Positions 12,201 to 23,357 of a DNA stretch of 31,893 nt are shown in pieces (the stretch's first letter is position 1; every line of letters starts with the position of its first letter). The translations under genes were made by a program, and so were the position numbers. This DNA is from Seison nebaliae. Lineage: Eukaryota. Location of the stretch: assembly GCA_023231475.1 (NCBI GenBank), contig JALJEE010002126.1, positions 62,001-93,893 of the forward strand. The letters are read 5' to 3'. The notes beneath the pieces were generated by a model, which ran no database searches, was not told the DNA's origin, and saw nothing but the letters and a program-made list of their open reading frames with translations.

Positions 12201-13399
12201 TTCACTGCAGTATTAAGAAACAACGGAAACATTATCAGCGAATCCGTTCTCTTCGTTTCATTTTTCTTTGTTTAGTTGCTGTTTTACTTCGATTCCTCTT
12301 GAAAAAAAATTTCATTTTTTCTTTCACGAGAATGATGGAAAAATCCTGTTTTCAGCTTCAACATGATGGACATCGAATTTGGTCAGGGGCGGTGAAAATA
12401 TTTGTGTGCGGGAGAATGAGAATAAGTGAAATGTTAGGGAGATCCGATTGCGTTCAATTATTAAAACGGTTTCCATTTGTCCATGTTCTCCAATTCGAAT
12501 AATTTGTTGCAATTATAATAATTGGATAGTATCGAATGGAAGGAGAAGGGAGATGTATATCATTAAACATTATCGTATTAATTTAGATGGAACAACTGTT
12601 GTAGCGAGAAACGACAGTTGACTGCTTCCGGAATATGTAATAAAACGATTAAATGTTTTGAGTAATGTTTTCGTGACGAATCAGTTTTCATTGTTTCATT
12701 TTCTTCTTTTATCTTCCCAATTATCAATCGCCATAGAGGCGAGATCTAAGACAGTTTCTCACCTTACATGGACGATATGATGTCATCGACATATGAAGGA
12801 GTAGGAGGATATGAATTCGTTTTCAAAAATGACGATCCTTAGAAATGTTTCCGTTATTCTATCGGTGAAAGTTCTTAGGAAGAGAGAAATGTGCAAATAT
12901 TCTCCCCAAACTCGATTTTCTATCACGAAATTATAGATTGGTTGGGAGAGCATTGATTTTCGATATTTCTCATTTCATTAACTTTCCATTCTCTTCTCAT
13001 AAATATTTCGATTTAGATTAAGTGCTCCACATTAAAATCTGAGATCAGTCCTTGTCAAATCGAACATTTTCTTGCTGTTCTAACTTCATACCTTTTCCAT
13101 TTCTTCACATCTTTCCGAAATTTACTTGTTGAATGAGAAAGATGTCGATGTGTCGCAAATTGACGAGTTTTATGAGAGAAGATCGAACGAGAGATTAATG
13201 AGTAAAAGATTTTATTGATGTTTTAATTTTTTATGTTGAACATATAAATTTGGTTGAAATCAATAATGTTTAACACAACTTTCCCAGGTATTCGACAAAT
13301 AAAAACAGATTTTAACTCGTTTTTTTCTTTATAGAATTTTCATAGAATATATTTTAAAATCATTCAGAAAATCGTTCGGTGAAAATTTGTGATAATGAA

Positions 13400-13813
13400 A
13401 TGAGTACACCGTTTAATCCAAATGGAACGAATGCATCCAATGTGAGTGTATTGTTAAATCGTATGAATGGGGATATTGATGAGAAAGGATTGAATGACTA
13501 TTATCATCAGATCTATAATTATTCCAATATGACAAATGAGAAGTGTGCGAGTATTAAACAAATGAATTCGGTACTTCAATATCCCAACCGATCGACGAAT
13601 GATCGCAAATTATTCGAAGCAGATAATAAACCAATGAAATGGGATTTATCCAATTATTATCAACCATTACATCAATCACTCGAACAACAACAACAACAAC
13701 AAAACATTTCAGAAATGCCACAACAAATCCAGACGATTATTGGGAATGATGATCGCGAAACGAATTTAATGTCCTCCATCCAATCATCAAACAATAATAA
13801 TAATATTAATAAT

Positions 13814-13847
<34 letters not shown>

Positions 13848-16800
13848 ATAATAATAATAATAATAATAATAATGATAATAATAATAAGAATAATAATAAT
13901 AATTTCGAATTGGTGAGTGGAACGGATAATTCGTTCTTGACGGCCATGATGATAAATAACGGTAATAATATCGATATGAATAATCATGAGGGGAATGGAT
14001 TGAGAAGTAAATCTAATAAGTTTGTGCATGATGCTAAAATGACGAATAATTTAGGAATCAACGAAACGACTAAGGAGAACATCTCCACAAACTTTTTCCA
14101 TCAAACTGGAAATAATGACGATAATTATTTATTACAATCCAATCTCAATCCATCCACAATGACCTTAACGAACATGACGAATGAGGAGATTGAGAGGAAT
14201 GAAATGGCAAATAATAATTTCGATGAGGAAATGAAATTGAATAATGTCCATCAATTGGATGACAGGAACAGTAATCAGAATTCGATGAGTAGTGAAGATT
14301 ATTTAGAATCTAATAAAACCAGTTCCATTTCGTTGGTGGATGGAAAGAAGACGAATGATCAAAATAAAAATGAAGAAAAGACGAAACAAACGAAAAGTAA
14401 AAAAGGGAGAAGTTGCAAGAAAGCCACGTCGTCAATGACGACAACCAAAAAAGATTTTACAAACAATCGATCTATCGATTATTCAACCATTAATGCTCAA
14501 CAATACTTCCTTTCGTTAGCGTCCTCATTGGCCGCCACGAATTACTCCACTTCATCCATCATGAGAGATGCGAATGATCAATTTCTTAATTATTCCCCCG
14601 GAACTGAAAATTTCCCGAATAAATTAAATGAGAATTTCTTTTCTAATTATTTTGTCCAGTTCCCCAATACCATCAATTCCACCACACAACTCTTTACATC
14701 GACCACCGCTCCCGTTTTTAGTTCAACGACAGATGTGCAAGGTGCCGGGCAGACGGATTATTGTAATCAAATCAATAATGATGAGAATCGATCAACGAAT
14801 ATTATGGAACCGAATGAGAATCAATTGGAAGCGAATCAAATTGATTTGAAGAGATTAGCGGAACAATATCCATATTCGGAATTGCTCGGTTATATCAATA
14901 ATATCGAGAATAATATCTATACATCAACATCATCAGAAAATATGATTGATAATAAAAATTTGTTAGGAACATCAACTTGTGGTGGTGGAGACAATTCAAA
15001 TATGACGAATTTAGCTCAAACGAAAATTCAATCAGCTCTTGGTTCGATGTTGGAACAAGTGAATGGTGAAGAAATGAGGAATAATGATTGGAATAAAAAT
15101 GTTTTCAATTCGAGTGGAGGAGGAGGTGGATGTGGTGCTGGAAGTGAAACCGGAGGAGTAACTCGAACAACAGAATTTCCAAACAATTTGAATGAATCTA
15201 CAAATGAGAATTTATTCATTAATCTCTTTGGAAATATCAATCCAATTTCAATAACAACTACTACCACTACTTATATGCTTCCAACAACATCGACAACAAT
15301 GCCAATGTCGAATCATCTCATAGAAACGAGAACTAGAACAACGACGAATAATTCGTTGGAGAATGATGGAAATCATCAGAATTTACAAACCAATTGCACC
15401 ACTAACCAAATGATGACGAATTCGGAATTATTACAAAATCAAGATGAAACTAATCCGATGTTCGCTTTCGATACGACGTCATCAGTTATGGCCCTTTTCC
15501 ATCAATTGAATTCCGCATCAAATTTAAATGGAACTTCACCCAATTCTATTACATCATCAACATATGATGATTTATCGACTAATAATCTTTATAATTCACT
15601 TTATAATCAAGCCACATCACAACTATCTCCTTATTATTTCAACGGATTAAATTGTACCAGTTATTCGACGACTCTCCCATTCCAAACTCCATTCTTTTCA
15701 TTTCCATCTTATTCTTCACTACGATCCACATCTTCGACAACATTACAATCCAATTATCTTCTTTCACCTTACTACTCGTACATGACGTCGAATTCGAGTC
15801 TGTCGGGTTCATCAGCCGTCGCTGCTGCTTCATTAATGTCTAATCATTCTTTAAACGATCCTCATGAAATGGAAACTTTCGCTGAGAAGTTCAAACAGAG
15901 ACGTATCAAATTAGGTATCACACAAGCTGATGTTGGTCAACAATTGACAAAGTTGAAATTACCAGGAGTTGGCTCACTATCTCAATCGACCATTTGTCGA
16001 TTCGAATCATTAACATTATCTCAAAATAATATGATCGCTTTAAAACCGATCTTACAAGCTTGGTTAGAACAAGCGGAAGCTGAGAGTTGTGCTAATACGA
16101 CGTCATCGATTTTATCTGGAAATCATTACGGACAAAATGGAACATCGATTAATCATCGATTATCATCAAATGTCGTTTCCAGTCAAATGAGAGTGAACTT
16201 TCGAATGATGGATAACAATTTCTATGGACGTTTCGACACGTCGAAAGTTCTCAATAAGAAGAAAACGACGAAATCGACAAATGGGAAAAAGAATGAGAAA
16301 AATGGAAATAAATCGGGATATTCTCAGAATAATAATAATAGTAAAAGCAGATCGAAAAACTCTTCGATATCTTCACAAGCACCATCGTCTACATCGACTT
16401 CCAGTTCGTGCACCACAATAACAACAACAGGAAAATCATCATTCTCCACAACTGCCACAATACCAAGTGATTCCAATTCGATATGTCACAATTCGAAACA
16501 GGATTTTAGTTTTGGAAAAATGAAACCGACTTTGGGAATTGACGATCCGAATTTACTACCAACACTTAATAAATTGAAACGAATCGATTGTATTCCATCA
16601 ATAGCAGTTTCTGCAATGTCAATTAATAACAAGAGTTTAATAACAACATCATCATTACTCATGCCATTAACATCGTTGAATTGTTCGAGTGCATTATCAT
16701 CATCATCATCATCATCATCATGTTCATCAAATATTACTAATAATTTAACACCGTTATTACCATCAACAATAACAGCGTCGACAATGAGAACGGGTTCATC

Positions 16801-18385
16801 ATCGAACTTATTATCATCAAATGTCCTCACATCCAATTTGTTCGATTCTGAAAAACAGAAAAATTATGAATTCTCTGATAGTAATCGAAAGAAATCGATT
16901 TATCAATTACAACCATTTATAATCAAATCGACATCATCATGTTCTTCAACGTCATCTTCATTAAATTCATCTTCATCAAAACAACAACAACAGTCAGAAG
17001 CATCAGCGTATTCGATATCATCGGCGTTACCATCTTCGACATTTGTATCAACTTCATTTCCCACAACACTCTCCCAATTGATATCGAGTGATACCCAAAT
17101 GAATATCGATCATATATCTACGAAAGTGATAGATGAAATGACGAATATTAATTCATATCATTCATCACCACCTCAAAATAATAATGAATTTTCGATTATC
17201 CCTTCATCATCCACGTCATACAATAATAATCATGCTCTCTATCAAGAACAAGAACAACAACAACAACAATTGTCGTCGTTCGAGAATAATTCATCAGATC
17301 AATCGATGCAGTTCTCGATTGCATCTTATCCACAAGCCAATAACGAATTAATGAACGATAATGAACAAACAAATAATTTTTCTGAATTATTCAAGTTGCC
17401 ACAACAATCCTGTGAATCGAAAGTAGCGAAAAATAATTGTTCATTTGAGAATTTGATTGTGGAGAAAAGTCTCAATATTTTCAACAACACAAACAACAAT
17501 ATTGTTGAGGATGTGAAGAGTACGAATGGGAATGGTATTTCGACTGAAACTAATTTCAATCCAGATAATTGTTCCACGAATATTATGAAAATGGAAAATA
17601 GTAAGAACAATAACAACAACAATCACCACAGACAAGTAACCCCACCAATATCTATTAGTGATACATCATCTTCATCATCATTCTCTGTAACATCGTCATC
17701 AACCTGTTTATCGCCAACATCCAGCACTTCCTCTCGTACCAATTCCACTAATTCCCATAAATTTGATGGTTCGAATGATAATCAGAATGAGAATGATAGT
17801 CGAACATCAAAGGATAAGAAGTCGATGGATAAAGGTGGGAAGTCGTCGAAATCCAAACATTCGAGACTAAACGAAGACGATAATCAATTGAATGACAAGA
17901 ATGCGAAGAGAAAACGAACTTCAATTGCTGCACCAGAAAAACGGTCGCTGGAACAGCATTTCCTTTTACAACCACGTCCTTCGGGTGAGAAGATTGCTCA
18001 AATTGCTCAAAAGTTATCGTTGAAAAAGAGTGTGGTGCGTGTCTGGTTCTGCAATCAGCGACAGAAGCAGAAACGTATGAAATTCGCAGCTGCCACTAAC
18101 AACATGAATGAGACACAATCGAATAAATTGATCAATTCTTATTCGAACACATTAGCCGCTGCCGCAACACCCAATTATTCATCCATTTACGCATTAGATA
18201 CATTTAACAATCAGAGTTCTTCATTGATCTATAACACTAGTCTCTTGTCCACCAACGTCACAACTACCACTACCACTACAACTGATGCAGAAATGATGGT
18301 TGATACGAACAAGCAATGGAACGAACCATCTTCTCAATCAACCAGTCAGTCAACATCCAACAACGTCACTATGAACGGATTCTAA
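13400..18385 (+). CDS. POU4: POU class IV homeobox transcription factor (Brn3/unc-86/acj6 family), single long coding exon, ~1661 aa from the first ATG
   Basis: POU-specific domain at 15857-16078 (DPHEMETFAEKFKQRRIKLGITQADVG...LPGVGSLSQSTICRFESLTLSQNNMIALKPILQAWLEQAE) and POU homeodomain at ~17906-18085 (KRKRTSIAAPEKRSLE...QPRPSGEKIA...KKSVVRVWFCNQRQKQKRMK) carry class-IV diagnostic residues. ORF is open from 13379; first ATG at 13400; possible 47-nt 5'UTR intron 13288-13334; AATAAA at 18513. Confidence 0.95.
13793..13903 (+). repeat. (AAT)n imperfect microsatellite encoding poly-Asn in the POU4 N-terminus
   Basis: aataataat run in frame, giving NNNNNINNINNNNNNNN... Confidence 0.9.
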
Positions 18386-18906
18386 TAGTTTAATTTATTC
18401 AAACTCTCTCCCTTCAACCCTTTCTCTCATTTTCCGACGGACATTTATATTTCTCATATATATCACAATCTCCTTCATCTAAATCTATTATATCATTTCC
18501 AAAATTTAAATGAATAAAATTTATTGTGTTCTCCAAATAATTTCCTTCTTGAAGCATCATCTCTCGTTAATTCTATTCAATTTAAGTTGAAAAACATCTT
18601 TTACTCATTTAATTAATTTACGAATTTTCTAATTGAGAAATATTTACACTTTTCACAATTTTCTCCTATTTATCTTTAATTTAGAACTTAACTAGATATC
18701 ACATACATGATAGTTATTAGCGGAGAATGAATGAAATAACAGTTGTCAGAATCCAAAATATTGAAAAGAAAAGCAAATTCAAAATATTTTAATGTTAAAA
18801 TTTCGAAATTATATGGTTTAATAGTCGTCGATCATTTGAAACAATTCATTTTACATCAGCAGTATGTCTTTTAAGTATGTTTTATTTTACCTATTTCAAA
18901 AACGGA

Positions 18907-19113
18907 GTGAATTCCTTTCCGAAATATCCTAAAGAGAGTGAGTTCCTCTGTGCACTGAAAAAAAGGGTGAGTTCCTCTCCGCAATAGACCCAGATGAGTG
19001 AGTTCCTCTCCGAAATTGCAATATTTGCCTTTTTTCACAGAATGAGTTTCGCTCCGAAATTAGAGTGATTTCCACTCCGAAAATTAAAAATAGCGTGAGT
19101 TCCTCTATAAGGC
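18907..19113 (+). repeat. Array of seven ~19-bp direct repeats (consensus GTGAGTTCCTCTCCGAAAT) with short unique spacers; possible DNA-transposon subterminal repeats
   Basis: Copies start at 18907, 18938, 18967, 18998, 19042, 19065 and 19095 (periods 31, 29, 31, 44, 23, 30 bp). Confidence 0.8.
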
Positions 19114-19350
19114 TCTTAGATTCTGTCTTTTATATAATGAAATTTGGAGAAAGTCGTGAGAAACATCTTCCAAAGAAGATCATGTGAAAAGAAGGTTTAT
19201 GAGAAATTTATCATCGGAGAAATGTTCCTCGTGAGGAACGACACACCTCATCGGGAAATACCGAAAATATTAAAAATGTTCAAATTTATAATAATATTTA
19301 GTAGCTAATTAGTAGTTATTTTCAATAATATTTTTCAGTTTTCCTTAAAA

Positions 19351-20240
19351 TTAAATATTATCGTAAATAGGAGTTACCAAGAAGAATTTAATTGATGTTT
19401 CGATTTCGGTTTCAACTATTAGTTTCGATTCACATTCTTTCACATTGGAGATTATACATAGACATACATCATCAACACCATGTGACTTATACATATTCAT
19501 ACAAGATATTGCGGTACGTAATTCAGCAACAGACACCAACAGAAGACGAAATAATGAATTCGTGATGTCAATATGAGAACGAATTAATTCAAGATCGAAC
19601 ATGATAGATTCAAATAAACGTTTAAATTCTTCGATATCGATTTGAAATGAAGTAGCAGAACTTTTCCTCATTAAAAACCGAAATTGGACGAATCATTTCT
19701 AGAGATATCACGATACTTTTGCTGTTCGGCTTTCTTAGCAAGATCCCTTACAGCAGTTCTAAACTTCTTCCTTGATAACTTTCTAATTGGAAAAGATGTC
19801 TCCTCTGCATCAACTCTTTACTTGTGATTAGCAGTGATCGTGTCATATTTGAGTTGACGAATTTGATGAAAATTAGGAATTTTCCGATTATTGAGGATTA
19901 TATTCGTTAAGGATTATTTACATAGTTATATGAACCAGATAATTTAAAGTGTTCATATAATTGGTGAATGGAAGAAAATTAATATCATTCGTTATATCAA
20001 TCACCCGTTGAAGATGCAATTCATTCTTATACACAGGAATAGCAAAGCAATTGATTGAATTCTGAAGTCGGATGCATTGCAGGGAAACCATCAATATGAC
20101 AGCCAGATGATCGGACAGTTTCAATTTGTCTAATATAACACAATCACGAACATTCATACAAAGATTATTAGAAATTAAAAAATGGTCTATCCAAGAAACA
20201 CCATTTGAAGAACGAAAAGTAACACACTCGTTAGACTTAT
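19351..20240 (-). mobile_element. Decayed non-LTR retrotransposon (LINE) ORF2 fragment: end of the APE endonuclease through the pre-RT region
   Basis: Minus-strand translation ECVTFRSSNGVSWIDHFLISNNLCMNVRDCVILDKLKLSDHLAVIL (~20229-20090) has the APE C-terminal T-F..S.IDH and SDH motifs; a basic linker RKLSRKKFRTAVRDLAKK...NDSSNF (~19790-19680); and VSVAELRTAISCMNMYKSHGVDDV (~19540-19465) resembles the I...EV..AI......K(A/S)PG.DG(I/L) motif upstream of LINE RT. Stops and frameshifts separate the blocks; no RT core seen. Confidence 0.75.
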
Positions 20241-21139
20241 ATTATAAATCGACGACAAACAATCAAATTCACGTAAGAGATTTTTTCTGCTAACTAATAA
20301 TAGTTCGATATTGAAGGCAGAGAGATTGAAGTTTCCACGATTGATAAATGTCCGACCGTTACATTCATGGAATTGGTCACAATGGTCACTTTTTTGAAAC
20401 TATCACCATAAAAGTTGACCAAAAGAATTTGGATTTCAAAACCGAACAAATATGTTGAGAATAAATTCGAAATTTGGTAGGGTACAAGTTTTTTCAGACC
20501 AAAATGATCATACCTGACGAACATGGTAAACGGAAGGTATCCCCGAAGTTTCTCTTTAATAAGCACCTTCCTCTCTTCATTATTAGATTTGGCATAAAAA
20601 AATTGGGGATAGCTTCCTTTTCTTCATATTTTTATACGAAAGAGAAACATCAGAATTAATATCAGTAAACAATAACGGAAGAGAATCTAATGGTTATCAT
20701 TAAATCGATTTATTTGAAATAAAAAGCAGCTTAGAATTATTTTCTCGTCACAACTTTCTCGTTTCCTTACTTACTTGTATGTCCTTACTTTGAATGTAAT
20801 GGCAGTATACGAATGGAATTGAATAATCAGAAAAGAACGGTTCTCTTAACTGCCACATTTCTTCATCTTCCTAACTACCAGCAAAACAATTCTTAATCGA
20901 CTTACTATAATTTTAGATGATTTATAACCTGCAACCCATTTTAGTTACATAATAATGAAGCAAATTTTCTCTAATTACTGTTCGGATGAATTTTTATAAT
21001 TTACTACGTCAGTTCCAGAAGTACTTACGTCATGTATTTTATAAATCGATTAAGTTTAAGAAAACAGAAAAATTGTTATGAATTGGTAACTGACTAAACA
21101 TTATTCTTCTAACCGAATTGTTTCTAAATATTAGGAAAC

Positions 21140-21956
21140 ATGAACTGTTGGAATTGTCAAATAATCATTCTCTTAATCTTCTATTTGACTAACGGAAGTA
21201 AATACATTTTGAAAACGGAACAAACTCTACTCTACACACAAATAATTTGTCACCTAAAACTTTGCAACGAAAACTCGAATTGTTTTGGAATTTATTCAAA
21301 GTCTAGAAAAGTTCATCAATTGGAACGAATCAATTTGAATATGTTTAACCCGAAAACAGATCTTTTTTTAAATTCAAGTTAATTTTAAGTTGTTGTCCAA
21401 AATCGATGATTCTCATGATAATTATCATATGATTATATTTGAATTAGAATACAATTTCATTTACAACAAATTGGTAGAATACAAAAATTTCAGATATTCT
21501 AATAAAAATAATTTCATAAAATTTGCAAATCTTCATTATGATTATCCGCGAACATTTGATGAATATTCTAAAGGTTTTGCAATAAACGGAAACAATTTTT
21601 TTATGGGAAACGAATTCTTACATGAATTAAGTCAATTGTGGCCATTGACCGTGAATATATTAATAGAATATACCAATAAACAATTAGGCGATTTCATGAA
21701 CAATGATTGTACTTTTGGAGACAAAGATAGTGGTTATGTAGCGAAACTTGGAGCTGATAGGGGGAAAGGAGCATTATTCAATAAATCTCTGAAAACATGT
21801 TTTCATTCAAGTTATATGCCAGTTCATGGAAGTCCATTTAAAGTAAATAATCAATATGGGTTCTGGGGATCTTGCAACGTTCCATTTGTTACTGTGTTTT
21901 TTAAAACGTATGCAGTCTATGTGACAATTAACATCGAATTTGATTTTGAAAATTAA
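21140..21956 (+). CDS. Putative secreted protein with a Cys-rich N-terminal module and a divergent fibrinogen-related (FReD-like) domain; frame break near 21370-21390 (intron, frameshift or pseudogene)
   Basis: Signal-peptide-like MNCWNCQIIILLIFYLTNG; CHLKLCNENSNCFGIY; RTFDEYSKGFAINGNNFFMGNEFLHELSQ (from 21549) resembles the FReD motif R.W.EY..GFG...GEFWLGNE.IH.LT. The two ORFs are in different frames. Confidence 0.6.
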
Positions 21957-22367
21957 TATATTTATGAAAGTGGAAAGTTGAAAAAACTTCAAACGGCGAA
22001 TAATTTTTAAATCCAATTAATTATTCATATCTTCTAAAAAGAGATTAATGAAATTAAATTAATTATTCATATATTTTAAAAAGACGTCCATAACATCTTT
22101 AAATTTTCTTTTACGAAACTTAATGTTAATGATCTTTGATTGACATCAATTAGGTTTCTTCATCTTCATTATCAGAATTGTATCTATTGTAATGTAAAAG
22201 TTTTCCATCTCAACATTCCACGGAGAAGGTTTTGATGAAAACTAATTCGAATCGGATATCTATGTTTAAAATCTTACGAAATTTCCTTATTGTTGTTGGG
22301 AATAATACCGTTCTCTGATACATGCCGAATTATATAAGTGATTCAGAATTGGTTGATATATATATTA

Positions 22368-22398
22368 GTGTGTGTGTGTGTGTGTGTGTGCGTGTGTG
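22368..22398. repeat. (TG)n dinucleotide microsatellite
   Basis: gtgtgtgt... run with one C interruption. Confidence 0.9.
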
Positions 22399-23357
22399 AT
22401 GTCGGATTCTAAATAACGAAAGTTCATTTGACAAAATCGTCGAAATATGAAGCAGAATAAATAATTTGGTGAGAAATAATTGTTTAGATTATCATCCGTC
22501 ATAAGATGCGAGAACAGAAAAAGTAACTGGAGAAGGGAAAGAATCGGAGGAGATTGAATAGAAGAAAGGGAGAACAGTCAAGTAATGGCGTTATCGGTTT
22601 ATTCTCCCTACCCAGTTCCGTCAGAAGAAGGAGATGGAGAATAAATTTTTAAAAAAATTTTAAAAAAATCTTAAGAGAAAAAATTATTTTTTAGTTTAAA
22701 ATATTGATAAATGATTAGTTTGCTTCTGCTCAAAAGAGGAAAAAATGTGGGAAGGAAAAAAAGAAGAATTTTCGGAGAAGAAAAGAAGATGTGGAGGAAT
22801 TGAATAAGAATATCGATGTTTGTGTGTGTATGAACTGTTTCGAATTCAACATGATATCGTCAATAAACAAATTGTTGCTTTGGATAAGATAAAGATGAGA
22901 AGGAAAGAATTCAGTGGTAGATATTCTCTATATGTTCAATTCACTTCTATAATAATTTTAAAATAAGAAGAAAGGAAAGAAAGAAAGAAAGAAAGGAAGA
23001 AAGAATCGGCTCAAACCAATTAAAATCGACTCTTTCTGTTTAAATGATAAATTAGCGTAAAACAGTTTAAAATGAAGAAGATTAATAAATTGTTCAATCA
23101 ATTGATGGATTATCGATATATATATGTGTGTTTTTCTGATTAATTTTTTGCTTTGTGGTGTATCGTGATGATGATGGTGGTGGTGGAAGATGATGTTGAT
23201 ATTTGTAGAAAATAGTTGAAAAGAAAAAATTTAAAGTAAAATAAATGAATTTTTTTTTCGAATAATTTCGAATCTTATCTATAAAATTTTAAAGTTGTCT
23301 TTCTTTTTTGGGGGGTTGGAGGAAAAATCTCTTTTTCTTCCGCATTTATTTTTTTCT

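Noticed and set aside
9953..12512. Short ORFs at 9953, 11093, 11185, 11658, 12191 and 12324
   Set aside because: Mostly non-ATG starts and composition expected of random AT-rich DNA; no homology recognised.
13672..17975. Numerous short antisense or alternate-frame ORFs within POU4, including Leu/Ile-rich ones
   Set aside because: Shadows of AAT/TCA codon repeats; their hydrophobicity is an artefact of reverse-complemented poly-Asn.
18907..19113. CRISPR array interpretation of the repeat-spacer pattern
   Set aside because: Repeats are degenerate and only ~19 bp, spacers are 4-25 bp and irregular, no cas genes are present, and the context is an intron-containing animal genome.
20294..20659. 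ORFs adjacent to the LINE relic as additional element genes
   Set aside because: No convincing endonuclease (GDFN) or ORF1 motifs could be read.
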